Source: Chromatiales bacterium (GTDB lineage Bacteria > Pseudomonadota > Gammaproteobacteria > Chromatiales > Chromatiaceae). From it: a stretch of 64,000 bases of DNA. This document shows, in pieces, positions 10,204 to 21,426 of the stretch; position 1 is the first letter of the stretch; every line of letters begins with the position of its first letter. The position numbers were made by a program, and so were the translations under genes. The stretch covers positions 24,148 through 88,147 of the forward strand of contig JAKSBX010000065.1 of NCBI GenBank assembly GCA_022360905.1. The letters run 5' to 3'. A model generated the notes under the pieces. That model worked only from the letters and a program-made list of their open reading frames with translations, was not told the origin of the DNA and searched no databases.

Positions 10204-10745
10204 CCATACCCGAATTCACTCCGGAGTCTCAACAAAAAAAGCGCTGATCCTCTCTGTTTGGTCATTTGTTGATGAGCGTGGGTTAATATTCCCAAATACT
10301 GACCGGTAGAGACAAGGGTTTGTTCAATTTCCATCCGCAGTGAAGGCGGAAACCTGAAACAGATCACGGAACTGGTCTGTTGGAATGGCTTACTGGAAAA
10401 GAGAATTTATGCCGTTTTCAGTATCTTCTGATAGCGGGGCGGGGCGCGGAAACTAAGCTGCTGAGATATTCCAACATGCACTCAAGAGGCTTGAGGCTTT
10501 TTGATAATCACCTGTTCCTGTTCGAAACTCTGAAGATTGGGGGTTCTGTCAGCGATGTTGGATGTTTGCCAAAACAGGGTCATACAGAATGCAATGGCCA
10601 ACACTAATAGGTATTTCACCGGTTATACCCCCGGAACTCTTATTTGGTGGTGAAATTATAAAGCCTAGTTACAAGGCGGAATTTTTTATGTGGGCAAATA
10701 TATAGTAATTACCCTGATTCCGCTAGTGTGGGAACCTACTGATTT

Positions 10746-10759
10746 TTGATCTAGATCAC
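10746..10759. promoter_or_regulatory. Candidate FNR/CRP-family site TTGAT-ctag-ATCAC upstream of the ccm operon
   Basis: 9/10 match to TTGAT-N4-ATCAA in the AT-rich spacer, but about 540 bp from the ccmA start. Confidence 0.3.
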
Positions 10760-10776
10760 CAAAATTGCGTGTTTAA

Positions 10777-11100
10777 TTAAATTTTAGGCTGTATTAGGAT
10801 TTGATTATCGTCGATCTTGACGGGATATGTGCCTATCGGTTCATCTGCAGGCTCTTCCAGAGGTTTTCCGGTTTTAAGGCAGAATCGGCTGCCATGGAGT
10901 GAGCATTTGATGTTGTGATCCTCAATGCAGCCCAGGTAGAGGGATACCTCTTCATGGGTGCATTGGTCATCAACTGCATAGATCTCTCCGTCAACATTCA
11001 CGATCAGGTATCGATGTTGTTCAAAGTCAAATCGCTTCATGCTGCCTGGCGGAAGTTCAGACATTTCCGTAACCTTGATCCATCTCTCTGTCATCTGCAC
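10777..11100 (-). CDS. Rieske [2Fe-2S] ferredoxin (dioxygenase-ferredoxin/MocE-like)
   Basis: DQCTHEE and KCSLHGSRF Rieske ligand motifs in a 107-aa protein. Confidence 0.92.
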   Translation of the reverse strand: MQMTERWIKVTEMSELPPGSMKRFDFEQHRYLIVNVDGEIYAVDDQCTHEEVSLYLGCIEDHNIKCSLHGSRFCLKTGKPLEEPADEPIGTYPVKIDDNQILIQPKI

Positions 11101-11107
11101 TCTCCGG

Positions 11108-12211
11108 CTAGATCAGGCGGGCCGCTGCCTGGCCCGAATCGAGAACCTGCCGAACCTGGGCCGCTGCCTGCTCCAGTGTTTGATGGCGCCCGCTATGCCA
11201 GAGGGTGATGGCGCAGCTGTAGAGCAGCGAGTCATACGCGGGCCCCGGTTTTCCCTGTAACGCATCAAGTCCGGTCTCAGCGGCAAATTCCGCTGCCTTG
11301 CCGATATCGGTGATCCGGGCGACCTCATCGTCACTGCTCTTGATGGATGGATCATCTGGAAGCGGTACCGCACGGACACTCTGCTCAATCGACAGATTCG
11401 ACGGTGAGATCTCTACTGGACTCTCCTGATTCAGATTGTCGTAGCGAAAAATCATCCCCTGCTGCCTGAGGGAGGGAATCACACCGCCCTCGGTGCCTCT
11501 CACCAGCAGGCAGCCCTCGAATCCGGCGAAGCGTGCCAGAGCGGCATATTTGGCCGGGTAGGGCTTGTGTACATAGCCGGTGAGAAGATGTGTCTTTCGC
11601 TTTGCGGTTATTGGCTTGGCCAGCACTTCGACCGTGGTCAGCACCTGGCGTTTGACGATGCGTTGTCGCAGCCCAATAAGATCATGTAAACCGGGACAGA
11701 AGGTCTTTTGGTCCACATAGGCCCAGCCCAGTTCAGGATTTTCGATTCGGGCAACGGCCTCTTCCAGATCCATATCCACATCGATATCGGCGGCCTGCAG
11801 GACATGACGATGGGTGATGCCGAATTTCGGTCCAACCGCATCAAGCCCATGGCTGACGCAGGGGAGTCCGCAGGCTGCCAGCACCACCGGAATCATCGGC
11901 GCAATCGGCAGGTTTCTGTTCATACCATCGTAAGGATCGGCCAGAGATATCAGCTCATCGACATCGGCTGTGCGGCTCTCGGAGATGTTCAGAATGGCCT
12001 CCAGAGTGCCTTTGTTTTCATCGTCCGTCTCCCGTTTCATACGCAACGCAATCAGAAAGATGGCGGTTTGCACATCATCGATCTCACCGCGCAGAATCGC
12101 GGACATCCCCTCTCTGGCTTCATCCAGGGAGATGTCTTTACTCAATTCTGGGCCAGTGGCGATACGTTGAATAATGGAGTGCATCAATGCCGCTGATGTT
12201 TGGTTTGTCAT
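11108..12211 (-). CDS. Anthranilate phosphoribosyltransferase-like protein (glycosyltransferase family 3, TrpD2/YbiB-like)
   Basis: N-terminal helical domain (FLIALRMKRETDDE) and TrpD-like fold motifs, but lacks the canonical GTGGD PRPP loop. Confidence 0.75.
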   Translation of the reverse strand: MTNQTSAALMHSIIQRIATGPELSKDISLDEAREGMSAILRGEIDDVQTAIFLIALRMKRETDDENKGTLEAILNISESRTADVDELISLADPYDGMNRNLPIAPMIPVVLAACGLPCVSHGLDAVGPKFGITHRHVLQAADIDVDMDLEEAVARIENPELGWAYVDQKTFCPGLHDLIGLRQRIVKRQVLTTVEVLAKPITAKRKTHLLTGYVHKPYPAKYAALARFAGFEGCLLVRGTEGGVIPSLRQQGMIFRYDNLNQESPVEISPSNLSIEQSVRAVPLPDDPSIKSSDDEVARITDIGKAAEFAAETGLDALQGKPGPAYDSLLYSCAITLWHSGRHQTLEQAAAQVRQVLDSGQAAARLI

Positions 12212-12509
12212 CTGTACTACCTGGCAGACCGGAGAACTGCTGTTGGATGATAAAGATTAGAATTGGCGAGGAGTATAAAAAACTCAGTAAAATTGTCAAG
12301 AATAGCTTCCGTGACAACTGTGGGGGGATTATGGATGGAGGTACAGTTGACAGGCCGAAACGGGTTTACCGATTACCCATTGGCAGACACACGGTGCCGG
12401 ATGGATGTCCGGCAATGACAAAGCCCTGCAGGGATTACTCTGCAAGGTTTTGTTCAGGTAATTGATTTTGCCTGCTTTGTGGGGCCTAGCCCAGCTTGAA
12501 ATAGTCTGT

Positions 12510-12803
12510 TCAGCGGTGAAGCACTGAGGTCAACACATGGTCGTATTCAAAAAATACGGAATAGCTTGGATAGTCCCAACGGGTGATCGGTGGATCACCA
12601 ACCGGTGAATGTGCGGCATTGGGTTGACCGAAACGCTGACTGACCTGGTCCATCGTCATGCTGCGGGTTGGGCGTGGAATGCCTTCCTCACTGTTGATGG
12701 GGGCAGAATTAATCGAGTCTATCAGCAGAACTTCAGCCACGGCTGAATGGGATAGCAGGCAGGCACATAAAATGACGGATAGGGCGGTAACGCGAAAACT
12801 CAT
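12510..12803 (-). CDS. Small exported hypothetical protein (SmpA/OmlA-like fold possible)
   Basis: Signal peptide followed by MTMDQVSQRFGQP and PPITRWDY. Confidence 0.65.
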   Translation of the reverse strand: MSFRVTALSVILCACLLSHSAVAEVLLIDSINSAPINSEEGIPRPTRSMTMDQVSQRFGQPNAAHSPVGDPPITRWDYPSYSVFFEYDHVLTSVLHR

Positions 12804-13020
12804 CTGAGCAACTCCGAATTTGTCTCTTCAAGGATGAATATAGCACTCTAACCTAACTATAGGAAAGCATGAGTATTTATTCTGAATTAAAAGCGTGATG
12901 AGTATAAAACTCTGATCCAGCTAACAGAATTTCATGCATGATCGGTCTGATCTCGATCCGAAGCTTCTTTTTTTGTTAGTCTATGCGGTTTCCACGGACT
13001 TTGTGTTTTAATGCCGAGCT

Positions 13021-14268
13021 ATGTTTAAACCGATCGAATTTTATATCGGCCTGCGCTACACACGCGCAAAGCGGCGCAATCACTTTATCTCCTTCATCTC
13101 CGTGATCTCGATGGTTGGGATCATGCTGGGGGTTGTCGCCCTGATTGTGGTGCTTTCGGTAATGAATGGATTCCATAAAGAGATCCGCGAACGGATACTC
13201 GGTATGGCCTCCCATGCCACCATCTCCGGGGTTAGCGGTGAACTGGCCGATTGGCGGACAGTCGAATCCGAAGCCGCGAAGTTTCCCCATGTTGTCGGCA
13301 AGGCGCCCTATGTGGAGGGGCAGGGTATGCTGATCAGCGGACAGAAAGTCAGTGGCGTACTGCTGAGAGGTATCCTGCCAGAGCAGGAGGGGGAGGTGTC
13401 GGATGTCATCACTTCCATAACCAATGGCACGATTGAGACCTTGAAGCCGGGCAGCTATGGCATCGTGCTCGGCAGAGAGCTTGCCAATGTGCTGGGGGTA
13501 GGGATCGGCGACCGGGTGACACTGGTCACCCCTCAGGTCAATGTCACCCCCGCAGGCATCATGCCGCGTCTGAAGCGTCTTACCGTCAGCGCCATATTTC
13601 AGGTGGGCATGGGAGAGTATGACCGGGGGGTTGCGATTCTACATATCAAGGATGCTGCGAAACTGATGCGGCTGCAGGATGGGGTGACCGGCGTTCGATT
13701 GAAGCTGGATGATCTCTATCTGGCGCCGCAGGTTTCCAGAGAGTTGGCGATGAAGATGGGCGGTTACTACCGGATCAGTGACTGGACCATGCAGCATCGC
13801 AACTTCTTCTCGGCACTGCGGACTGAAAAGCGCATGATGACCATCATTCTCTCGTTGATTGTCGCCGTGGCAGCTTTCAATATCGTTTCGACCATGGTCA
13901 TGGTGGTTACCGACAAGCAGTCCGATATCGCGATCTTACGTACCCTGGGTGCTTCGCCGGGTTCGATTATGGGAATCTTTATGGTTCAGGGTGCAACGAT
14001 CGGAATTGTCGGCAATATTTTCGGCATGTTGGGGGGGGTGTTGCTGGCGCACAACGTGGAGGCGATCGTAAGCTGGATCGAAAAGGCTTTAAGTGTCGAT
14101 TTTCTCGACCCGAGTATCTACTACATCACCAAACTACCTTCAGATCCGCATACCAGTGACATACTGTTCATCGGCGGCATGGCTTTCCTGATTACACTGC
14201 TGGCAACCCTCTATCCGGCCTGGAAGGCCTCCCGTACCCAGCCTGCCGAGGCGTTGCGTTATGAGTAG
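13021..14268 (+). CDS. lolE: Lipoprotein-releasing ABC transporter permease LolC/LolE family
   Basis: [46 protein letters not shown]; directly upstream of lolD. Confidence 0.9.
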   Translation: MFKPIEFYIGLRYTRAKRRNHFISFISVISMVGIMLGVVALIVVLSVMNGFHKEIRERILGMASHATISGVSGELADWRTVESEAAKFPHVVGKAPYVEGQGMLISGQKVSGVLLRGILPEQEGEVSDVITSITNGTIETLKPGSYGIVLGRELANVLGVGIGDRVTLVTPQVNVTPAGIMPRLKRLTVSAIFQVGMGEYDRGVAILHIKDAAKLMRLQDGVTGVRLKLDDLYLAPQVSRELAMKMGGYYRISDWTMQHRNFFSALRTEKRMMTIILSLIVAVAAFNIVSTMVMVVTDKQSDIAILRTLGASPGSIMGIFMVQGATIGIVGNIFGMLGGVLLAHNVEAIVSWIEKALSVDFLDPSIYYITKLPSDPHTSDILFIGGMAFLITLLATLYPAWKASRTQPAEALRYE

Positions 14269-14947
14269 TAATGAGCTGGTACTTGAAGCGACTGATCTGG
14301 TCCGAACATTTTCCCAGGGAGGGCTTCATGTCGAGGTGCTGCAAGGGGTCAACCTGAAACTCTCTGCCGGGGAGCGGGTGGCCGTTGTTGGCTCATCCGG
14401 ATCTGGAAAAAGTACTTTGTTGCACTGTCTGGGTGGCCTGGACAACCCGGATTCCGGCCGTGTCGAGCTCTGTGGTCAGGATCTGCTCAGTCTCAATGAG
14501 CGGGAAAAGGGCGTGTTGCGAAACCGCAACATGGGCTTTGTCTACCAATTTCACCATCTGTTGCCGGAATTCACGGCATTGGAAAATGTGGCGATGCCGC
14601 TGTTGATTGGCGGAGATGGGGTAAATCCTGCGCGGGCTCAGGCAACTGAGATACTGCAGCAGGTCGGTCTGGCGGAACGGATGCATCACAAACCCAACGA
14701 GCTGTCAGGGGGGGAGAGGCAGAGGGCCGCTTTGGCTCGGGCCATGGTTCACCATCCGGCTTGTGTGCTGGCCGATGAACCAACCGGCAACCTGGACAGA
14801 AAAACAGCGGATCAGGTCTATGAATTGATGCTGCAGCTCAATCAGGAGCTCAATATCAGCTTCATCGTGGTGACCCACGATGCGGATCTTGCTCAACGCA
14901 TGGACCGCACCTTGCACTTGATCGATGGCAGGCTGACAGAGGGGTAA
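14261..14947 (+). CDS. lolD: Lipoprotein-releasing ABC ATPase LolD
   Basis: [45 protein letters not shown]. Confidence 0.95.
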   Translation: MSSNELVLEATDLVRTFSQGGLHVEVLQGVNLKLSAGERVAVVGSSGSGKSTLLHCLGGLDNPDSGRVELCGQDLLSLNEREKGVLRNRNMGFVYQFHHLLPEFTALENVAMPLLIGGDGVNPARAQATEILQQVGLAERMHHKPNELSGGERQRAALARAMVHHPACVLADEPTGNLDRKTADQVYELMLQLNQELNISFIVVTHDADLAQRMDRTLHLIDGRLTEG

Positions 14948-14981
14948 GAGGCTTTTCCTGTACACCACCCGGAGAGGGTGA

Positions 14982-15515
14982 TTATTCGGATACCTTGGCC
15001 GAGGTGCTGCTATGCCGGCGGCTCTTCCATTTTTCCACAGCGCGCCAGCGCCAGATCCACAGAATCAGACTGTAGCCCAGAATCGAAGAGACGGTAGCGC
15101 ACACCAATGAGCCCAGGATCAGGGGTATGAGGATCTCAGAGCCGACACTCTGCAGCCACTCCAGGGTGAACTGAAAGGGCTCCAAAGAGGCCGTCTCACC
15201 GGTGATCATGATGCCGACCTGGTAGGCGAAATAGAACATCGGTGGAATGGTGATCGGGTTGGTGATCCATACCAGGGCGACTGAGAGCGGCAAGTTAACC
15301 CGGAAAAAAATCGCGGCGGCGGCTGCGAGCACCATTTGAAACGGAATCGGCACGTACGCCATGAACAGGCCTACGGCAAAAGCACCGGATACCGAATGTC
15401 TGTTGAGATGCCAGAGGTTGGCATCGTGCAGCAGATCACCGAATACCTGCATGTGCTTGTGGTTACACACATGGTCGCGGTGAGGCAAAAGACGCTTGAT
15501 CAGTCGTTTTGGCAT
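14982..15515 (-). CDS. DUF2062 family membrane protein
   Basis: LWHLNRHSVSGAFAVGLF and WITNPITIPP; usual neighbour of lolD and comEC. Confidence 0.85.
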   Translation of the reverse strand: MPKRLIKRLLPHRDHVCNHKHMQVFGDLLHDANLWHLNRHSVSGAFAVGLFMAYVPIPFQMVLAAAAAIFFRVNLPLSVALVWITNPITIPPMFYFAYQVGIMITGETASLEPFQFTLEWLQSVGSEILIPLILGSLVCATVSSILGYSLILWIWRWRAVEKWKSRRHSSTSAKVSE

Positions 15516-15803
15516 GTTTAGGCGAATAAAAAAACGGTCTATAGAGTTATCGGCAAGTGCAGTCGGAACTTGCGCATCGGCATACTACCCCATGCAATCC
15601 GGGTACCAGCTGATCTGAAGCAGTCTCTTCCTTGAATTTCACTCGAGTTGTAACTTGATTCGGTAATAGTAAATCAATAGCCGTTGTTAGGACTATTGTT
15701 TTTTTCGAATCGGACAGATTATTGAGCTGCCGGGCTTATAATCATAGTCCACAAGTGGGCTGATATCCGATAGAGTTGGCCTGGGTCTCGACAAGGAGTC
15801 GTC

Positions 15804-18119
15804 GTGAACAGATTTCTGATCAGTTTTGTCATCGGAGTGACACTCTTCCACCTCTTAGATCGCTTGCCGGGGTTGGAATGGCTGGCGGTGGTTTTGACAT
15901 TTCCACTGCTGTGGCGGTTCAAACATCTGCGTCCTTTGATGGCCATGGCTGCTGGAGCCGGTTGGAGTCTGATCAATGCCTCGCTGATTCTGCAACACCC
16001 GTTACCCCTGGAGTTGGAACGCAAAGACCTGATTCTCGAGGGGGTGGTGGATTCACTGCCGAAAACTCAGGATGGGATATCCCGTTTTCAGATGCGGGTC
16101 ACCTCATTGCATGACGAAGCGGGAGAGCCGTGTGAAATCTCCCGAGTCCAACTCAGTTGGTTTGGTGCCGCAAAAGATCTGAGCATTGGCGACGCCTGGC
16201 GTTTTAAAGTCAGACTGATCCGACCCAGGGGCGCTCAGAATCCGGCCGGTTTCGACCATGAAAAGTGGTTGTTTATGCAGCAGATCCAAGCCACAGGTTA
16301 TGTCAGGGATTGGTCTGGCAATAGCTTGCTTGATTCAGACCGATTTCCTGCACCGCTTGGATTGCTTCGCCAAGAGATCGCCAATGCCATCGATAATGTG
16401 ACCGACAATCCGGATGCCGCAGCACTGTTGAAGGCACTCGCGGTCGGTGACAAGCGGGGGATGGACAAGCAGGCCTGGAACACTTTCAGACGCACTGGAA
16501 CCAACCATCTGATCGCCATATCCGGATTGCATGTCGGCCTGGTTGCCGGCTGGTTTCTGTTTACCGGTGCTTGGCTATGGCGTCGCAGCACTAGGCTCTG
16601 CCAGCTGTTGCCGGCACTCAAAGCGGGTGCCGTGGTTGCCCTGCTTGGCGCCATAGTCTATGCCGCATTAGCCGGTTTTACCCTGCCCACCCAGCGGGCA
16701 CTGATTATGTTGGCTACGACCCTTGGAGCTCTGATACTCGGTTATCGGATTCAGTTCGGCCGAAGTCTGCTGCTGGCACTCTTTTTGGTGGTTTTGGTTG
16801 ATCCTGTGGCGATCCTGAGTCGAGGATTCTGGCTCTCATTTACGGCGGTGGCGGTCATTTTGTGGAGTATCGGTGGCCGACTTGCTCCCTGGGGAAACTG
16901 GCGTCAGGGCGTACAGGTTCAACTCTCTGTCAGTCTGGGCCTATTGCCGCTGCTCATATTGTTTTTCAGCCAGATTTCCCTAATCTCACCGGTAGTAAAT
17001 CTTCTCATGGTGCCCTGGTTCAGCCTGGTGCTGGTGCCCATGACCCTGATAGGGCTACCACTATTGGCGGCTCCCCCGGTTGCCGAACTCTGGTTCTCGC
17101 TGCTGCAGACACTGTCTGAAACAACCTTGGGATTGCTTGAGTGGTGTTCATCGCAGACCTTTGCCATGACAGATCTTGTGCAGCAGGATCTATTGCTCTT
17201 GTGGTTTGTTCTGGCAGGGTGTCTGTTGCTGCTGATGCCAGCCGGAATGCCGGGCCGTGGTTTAGGATTGCTGCTTTGTGTTCCGGTGATATTTGCCTCA
17301 GCTGAGCGCCCTGCCCAGGGTGAGATATGGTTCACCTTATTAGATGTGGGGCAGGGGTTAGCTTGTGTGGTTGAGACCAGCGATCACATTCTGCTCTTTG
17401 ATACCGGTCCAGGGCGGGGAGATCGGAGTGTTGCCGATTCTGTGATCATGCCATTCCTAAGATCCAGAGGGCATCGAACGATCGATATGCTGATCGTGAG
17501 CAATGGCGACCGGGATCATGCCGGTGGGGTTGAAGCATTGACTCGATCGATCCACACCAAGCGGATATTGGCTGGTAATCCGGAATTGGTTGAAGGGTCG
17601 GCTCGGCCTTGCCTGGCCGGGAACGAATGGGCCTGGGATGGGGTCCATTTCCAGATTCTCCATCCAAATGTCACGTCAGAGCTTAAAGGGCGTAACAATC
17701 ACTCATGTGTGCTGAAGATTGACAGTGGTGACTGGACTATTCTGCTGCCAGGAGATATCGAACAGGCAGCAGAAGCTGCTCTGATCAGAGCCAATCCTCA
17801 ACAGCTCCGGGCGGACCTGGTTGTAGCCCCGCACCACGGATCGAACAGCTCTTCAACTGCTGAGTTTGTGACAGCGGTCGATCCACAGTGGGTGCTATTT
17901 TCAACTGGCTACAAAAACAGCTATGGTTTCCCTAAACCGGCCGTGGTTCAGCGCTGGCAGGCTCAAGGTGCGAGATCGTTGAACACCGCGGAGCGTGGTG
18001 CCATCGAATTCCGTCTGGTGCCGGGTGAGATGGACCCGCAACCACGTCTCTACCGTGAACTGAACAGACGATTGTGGCAACAGGGTGGGGGAGAACTCGG
18101 GGAACCAGCAGATACCTGA
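15804..18119 (+). CDS. comEC: DNA internalization competence protein ComEC/Rec2
   Basis: GTNHLIAISGLHVG Competence domain and C-terminal metallo-beta-lactamase-like domain (LDVGQG, PHHGS). Confidence 0.93.
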   Translation: MNRFLISFVIGVTLFHLLDRLPGLEWLAVVLTFPLLWRFKHLRPLMAMAAGAGWSLINASLILQHPLPLELERKDLILEGVVDSLPKTQDGISRFQMRVTSLHDEAGEPCEISRVQLSWFGAAKDLSIGDAWRFKVRLIRPRGAQNPAGFDHEKWLFMQQIQATGYVRDWSGNSLLDSDRFPAPLGLLRQEIANAIDNVTDNPDAAALLKALAVGDKRGMDKQAWNTFRRTGTNHLIAISGLHVGLVAGWFLFTGAWLWRRSTRLCQLLPALKAGAVVALLGAIVYAALAGFTLPTQRALIMLATTLGALILGYRIQFGRSLLLALFLVVLVDPVAILSRGFWLSFTAVAVILWSIGGRLAPWGNWRQGVQVQLSVSLGLLPLLILFFSQISLISPVVNLLMVPWFSLVLVPMTLIGLPLLAAPPVAELWFSLLQTLSETTLGLLEWCSSQTFAMTDLVQQDLLLLWFVLAGCLLLLMPAGMPGRGLGLLLCVPVIFASAERPAQGEIWFTLLDVGQGLACVVETSDHILLFDTGPGRGDRSVADSVIMPFLRSRGHRTIDMLIVSNGDRDHAGGVEALTRSIHTKRILAGNPELVEGSARPCLAGNEWAWDGVHFQILHPNVTSELKGRNNHSCVLKIDSGDWTILLPGDIEQAAEAALIRANPQQLRADLVVAPHHGSNSSSTAEFVTAVDPQWVLFSTGYKNSYGFPKPAVVQRWQAQGARSLNTAERGAIEFRLVPGEMDPQPRLYRELNRRLWQQGGGELGEPADT

Positions 18120-18277
18120 GCAGGCTACCACGGCAGGCGCCGGGTAGCTGTAAGAAGGTGTAAAGTCTGACCCGGTTAGGTCGCCATGCAATCTAAGCTG
18201 CAACAAGATATCCTGGTCGAGTATCATGGCCGTATCGAGAAGAGTTTTCGTGAAAAATCACAGAAGGAAAAGGATAA

Positions 18278-18889
18278 GTGTTTGAACTTGTAAAGTCGGG
18301 CGGATGGTTGATGCTGCCCATTATTGCCTGTTCCATTGCTGCATTGGGGATTGTCATTGAGCGATTCTGGTCCCTGCAGCGCAAAAGGGTTATGCCGGAA
18401 TATCTGATGCGACAGATATTGCAGCTCCATCAGGAGGAAAAACTGAATCTGGCTGACCTGGATAAGCTGAAGTCCAGCTCGCCACTTGGCCGAATTCTGG
18501 CCGCTGGTCTGGTCAACCGAAATCATAGTAAGGATATTATGAAAGAGGCGATCGAAGAGGTAGGTCGTCAGGTTGTTCACGAACTGGAACGATATCTCAA
18601 TACGCTCGGGACGATCGCTTCCATCTCGCCTTTGCTCGGTCTGCTGGGAACCGTTATCGGTATGATCAAGGTATTCAGTGTCATTGTCACCGCTGGTGTC
18701 GGTGATCCTGGGGTATTGGCCGGCGGTATCTCGGAAGCATTGATCACGACGGCGGCCGGCCTCTCCGTTGCCATACCCAGCCTGATGTTCCATCGCTATT
18801 TTTCCGGCCTGATAGACCAACTGGTGATCGGTATGGAGGAGCAGGCACTGAAAATGGTCGAAGTAATCCACGGGGAAAGAGAGCGCTGA
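18278..18889 (+). CDS. exbB: MotA/TolQ/ExbB proton channel
   Basis: LGTIASISPLLGLLGTVIGM and ISEALITTAAGL. Confidence 0.9.
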   Translation: MFELVKSGGWLMLPIIACSIAALGIVIERFWSLQRKRVMPEYLMRQILQLHQEEKLNLADLDKLKSSSPLGRILAAGLVNRNHSKDIMKEAIEEVGRQVVHELERYLNTLGTIASISPLLGLLGTVIGMIKVFSVIVTAGVGDPGVLAGGISEALITTAAGLSVAIPSLMFHRYFSGLIDQLVIGMEEQALKMVEVIHGERER

Positions 18890-18890
18890 A

Positions 18891-19310
18891 ATGAATTTCA
18901 GAAGCAAAGCTCGGAAATCGCCTGAGGTGGATATCACGCCGCTGATCGACGTGGTCTTTCTGCTGCTGATCTTCTTTATGGTATCGACCACCTTCGAGCA
19001 TGAGAGCCAAATTCTCATCGAATTGCCGGAAGCGACCGGTGAGGAGATACAGCGTGAAAAACAACAACTCGATATCACCATCAATATTGCCGGTACCTTT
19101 TTTGTCGATCAGCGCGAAGTTGTCAATACTGAGATGGAAACCCTGAAAATGGCGATCAGTAAAGCGATTGGTGACCGGGGTAACATTCCGGTGATTATCA
19201 ACGCGGATGCACGCACACCTCATCAGTCGGTGATGACCGCCATGGACGCTGCGAGTCAGCTGGGTTTAACCAAGATGACCTTTTCTGCCCACAAACCTGC
19301 TATCGAATGA
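18891..19310 (+). CDS. exbD: ExbD/TolR family protein
   Basis: DITPLIDVVFLLLIFFMV. Confidence 0.92.
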   Translation: MNFRSKARKSPEVDITPLIDVVFLLLIFFMVSTTFEHESQILIELPEATGEEIQREKQQLDITINIAGTFFVDQREVVNTEMETLKMAISKAIGDRGNIPVIINADARTPHQSVMTAMDAASQLGLTKMTFSAHKPAIE

Positions 19311-19323
19311 GGAAGCTCTGGCT

Positions 19324-20304
19324 TTGAACCCGATTGAAGCTTCCTGGCAGCGACGGCAGCCTCTCAGCTATCTGCTGTTGCCGTTGAGCGCGCTGTTCTG
19401 TGCTGTTGTCGCCTTGAGACGAGTGCTCTATCGATGGGGTTGGCTTAAAAGTCACAGAGTCGGCTGCCCCGTGATCATCGTTGGCAATATCACGGTAGGT
19501 GGTACGGGTAAGACGCCGCTTATTATCTGGTTGGCTCAAAAGCTCACTGAATGGGGCTACCGACCGGGTATCATCACTCGAGGTTACGGTGGTCAGTCAG
19601 AAAGCTGGCCTTGTGAAGTGACTGCGGATTCCACCCCCCAGCAGGTTGGTGATGAAGCGATACTGCTGAAACGTCATGCAGAGTGTCCGGTATTTGCCGG
19701 TCCCGAGCGCCCTCTGGTGATTGAAAAACTGCTATCAATTTATCCCTGCAACGTGATTCTGTCCGATGACGGATTGCAGCACTATGCCCTGCAGCGGGAT
19801 CTTGAGATTGCCGTGGTGGATGGAAAGCGTCGCTTTGGCAATGGGTTCTGCCTGCCGGCCGGGCCCCTGCGGGAAACCAGAAAGAGACTGCAACAGGTCG
19901 ACCTGGTGATCGTCAATGGCGGTGTGGAAGAAGGGGAGCACGGGATGTCTGTGATTGGCGATAGCGCATGCCCACTGGTTGGGGGAGCGTGCAAACCCCT
20001 GACAGATTTCGCCTCAATCCCGGTCGATGTGATCGCAGGGATCGGCCATCCGGAGCGTTTTTTCAGCATGCTTGAATCCAAGGGGTTGAGGATAGATCGC
20101 CACCCATTCGCCGATCATCACAGCTTTACGCCCGATGATCTGGCTCCATTTAACCAAAAGACAGTTCTCATGACTGAGAAAGATGCGGTAAAGTGCGAAC
20201 AGTTCGCCCAATCCAATCACTGGTATGTGCCTGCGACTGCTCGTGTGGCGATGGCTTTTGAACAACAACTCAAGACTAAGGTGAAAAGGCTCTTAGATGG
20301 ATAG
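19324..20304 (+). CDS. lpxK: Tetraacyldisaccharide 4'-kinase
   Basis: [34 protein letters not shown]. Confidence 0.96.
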   Translation: MNPIEASWQRRQPLSYLLLPLSALFCAVVALRRVLYRWGWLKSHRVGCPVIIVGNITVGGTGKTPLIIWLAQKLTEWGYRPGIITRGYGGQSESWPCEVTADSTPQQVGDEAILLKRHAECPVFAGPERPLVIEKLLSIYPCNVILSDDGLQHYALQRDLEIAVVDGKRRFGNGFCLPAGPLRETRKRLQQVDLVIVNGGVEEGEHGMSVIGDSACPLVGGACKPLTDFASIPVDVIAGIGHPERFFSMLESKGLRIDRHPFADHHSFTPDDLAPFNQKTVLMTEKDAVKCEQFAQSNHWYVPATARVAMAFEQQLKTKVKRLLDG

Positions 20305-20485
20305 AAAACTGCTTGATATTTTGGTTTGTCCCGTGTGTAAGGGGAAGCTCCTCTATAGGAAGAAAGAGCAGGAGCTGATCTGTCGTGCCGATCGGCTGGC
20401 CTATCCGATACGTGATGGTATCCCGGTGATGCTCGAAGAGGAGGCGCGGAAAATTGCCGCAGACGAAGAGCTTCCGGAAGGCTGA
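20297..20485 (+). CDS. ycaR: Trm112 family protein YcaR
   Basis: [12 protein letters not shown] and [12 protein letters not shown]. Confidence 0.93.
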   Translation: MDRKLLDILVCPVCKGKLLYRKKEQELICRADRLAYPIRDGIPVMLEEEARKIAADEELPEG

Positions 20486-20490
20486 TTGAT

Positions 20491-21249
20491 ATGAATTTTA
20501 AAGTTGTCATACCGGCCCGCTACGCTTCTGTGCGTTTGCCGGGCAAACCGTTGTTGGAAATCGCCGGCAAACCGATGATCCAGCATGTATTCGAACGTGC
20601 CGTGGAGAGCGGTGCCAATCAGGTGGTGATCGCGACTGACAGCCAGAAAATCGCAGAAGTCTGCCGGGAGTTTTCAGCCGATGTCTGCATGACTTCTGCA
20701 GAACACCGCAGTGGTTCTGATCGTATCGCTGAAGTGGTAGCACAACGAGGCTGGGGAGATGAAGAGATTGTCGTCAATCTGCAGGGTGACGAACCCTGCA
20801 TGCCGGCAGAATTGCTCTCCCAGGTTGCCGAGGATATGAGTCAGCACGATGCTGCAGGTGTCACCACGCTCTCGGCTCCGATCACAGCGCGTCAAACACT
20901 GTTTGACCCCCATGTGGTGAAGGTGGTGACGGATATAAAGGGATATGCCCTCTATTTCAGTCGTGCACCAATCCCCTGGCATCGGGACGAATTTATCGAT
21001 GCTGAAAGTCCTCTGCCGACAGATACCGGTTTTGCCCGCCACATTGGGCTCTATGCCTATCGTGCCGGTTATCTGGCCCGTTTTGTTGCCTGGGACAGAG
21101 CGCCGATCGAGCGAGCCGAATCCCTGGAACAGCTAAGAGTGCTCTGGCATGGCGGCCGCATTCACGTCAGTGAAGCCAGAACAGAGCCCGGACAGGGCGT
21201 CGATACCCGCGATGATCTGCAGCAAGTTGAGGCTCAGCTCAACAAGTGA
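20491..21249 (+). CDS. kdsB: 3-deoxy-manno-octulosonate cytidylyltransferase
   Basis: VIPARYASVRLPGKPL, VVNLQGDEP, ESLEQLRVLWHG. Confidence 0.97.
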   Translation: MNFKVVIPARYASVRLPGKPLLEIAGKPMIQHVFERAVESGANQVVIATDSQKIAEVCREFSADVCMTSAEHRSGSDRIAEVVAQRGWGDEEIVVNLQGDEPCMPAELLSQVAEDMSQHDAAGVTTLSAPITARQTLFDPHVVKVVTDIKGYALYFSRAPIPWHRDEFIDAESPLPTDTGFARHIGLYAYRAGYLARFVAWDRAPIERAESLEQLRVLWHGGRIHVSEARTEPGQGVDTRDDLQQVEAQLNK

Positions 21250-21426
21250 ATTGTTAAACATTGTAAAGTTTTCCGACTACTAGCGGTAAATAGGTTATTT
21301 AACCCACTGTGGTTTAGGAATAAGAGGTCTATTTGTCGGAATTTTTTACACTATTTTTTTATTATTACAGTGTAATTTATTAGGTATGTTTTATAAGGTC
21401 ATGTAATCTAAACAATTATATGTTTT

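Noticed and set aside
10155-10607. Short ORFs (70 and 75 aa) in the ccmA upstream region
   Set aside because: No SD, motif or coding-like composition; more likely promoter or leader DNA.
14031-14038. G8 homopolymer in lolE as a phase-variation tract
   Set aside because: It is in frame (Leu-Gly-Gly-Val) in an essential gene; short, and no evidence of slippage.
18224-19223. Antisense ORFs of 286 and 159 aa over exbB/exbD
   Set aside because: They overlap clearly conserved genes and have no recognizable protein features.
19310-19324. No msbA between exbD and lpxK
   Set aside because: The order comEC-exbB-exbD-lpxK-ycaR-kdsB without msbA is known, for example in Pseudomonas, so it is not unusual.
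21334-21350. Possible NifA upstream activator sequence TGT...ACA before the sigma-54-like promoter
   Set aside because: The spacing is N11 rather than the required N10.
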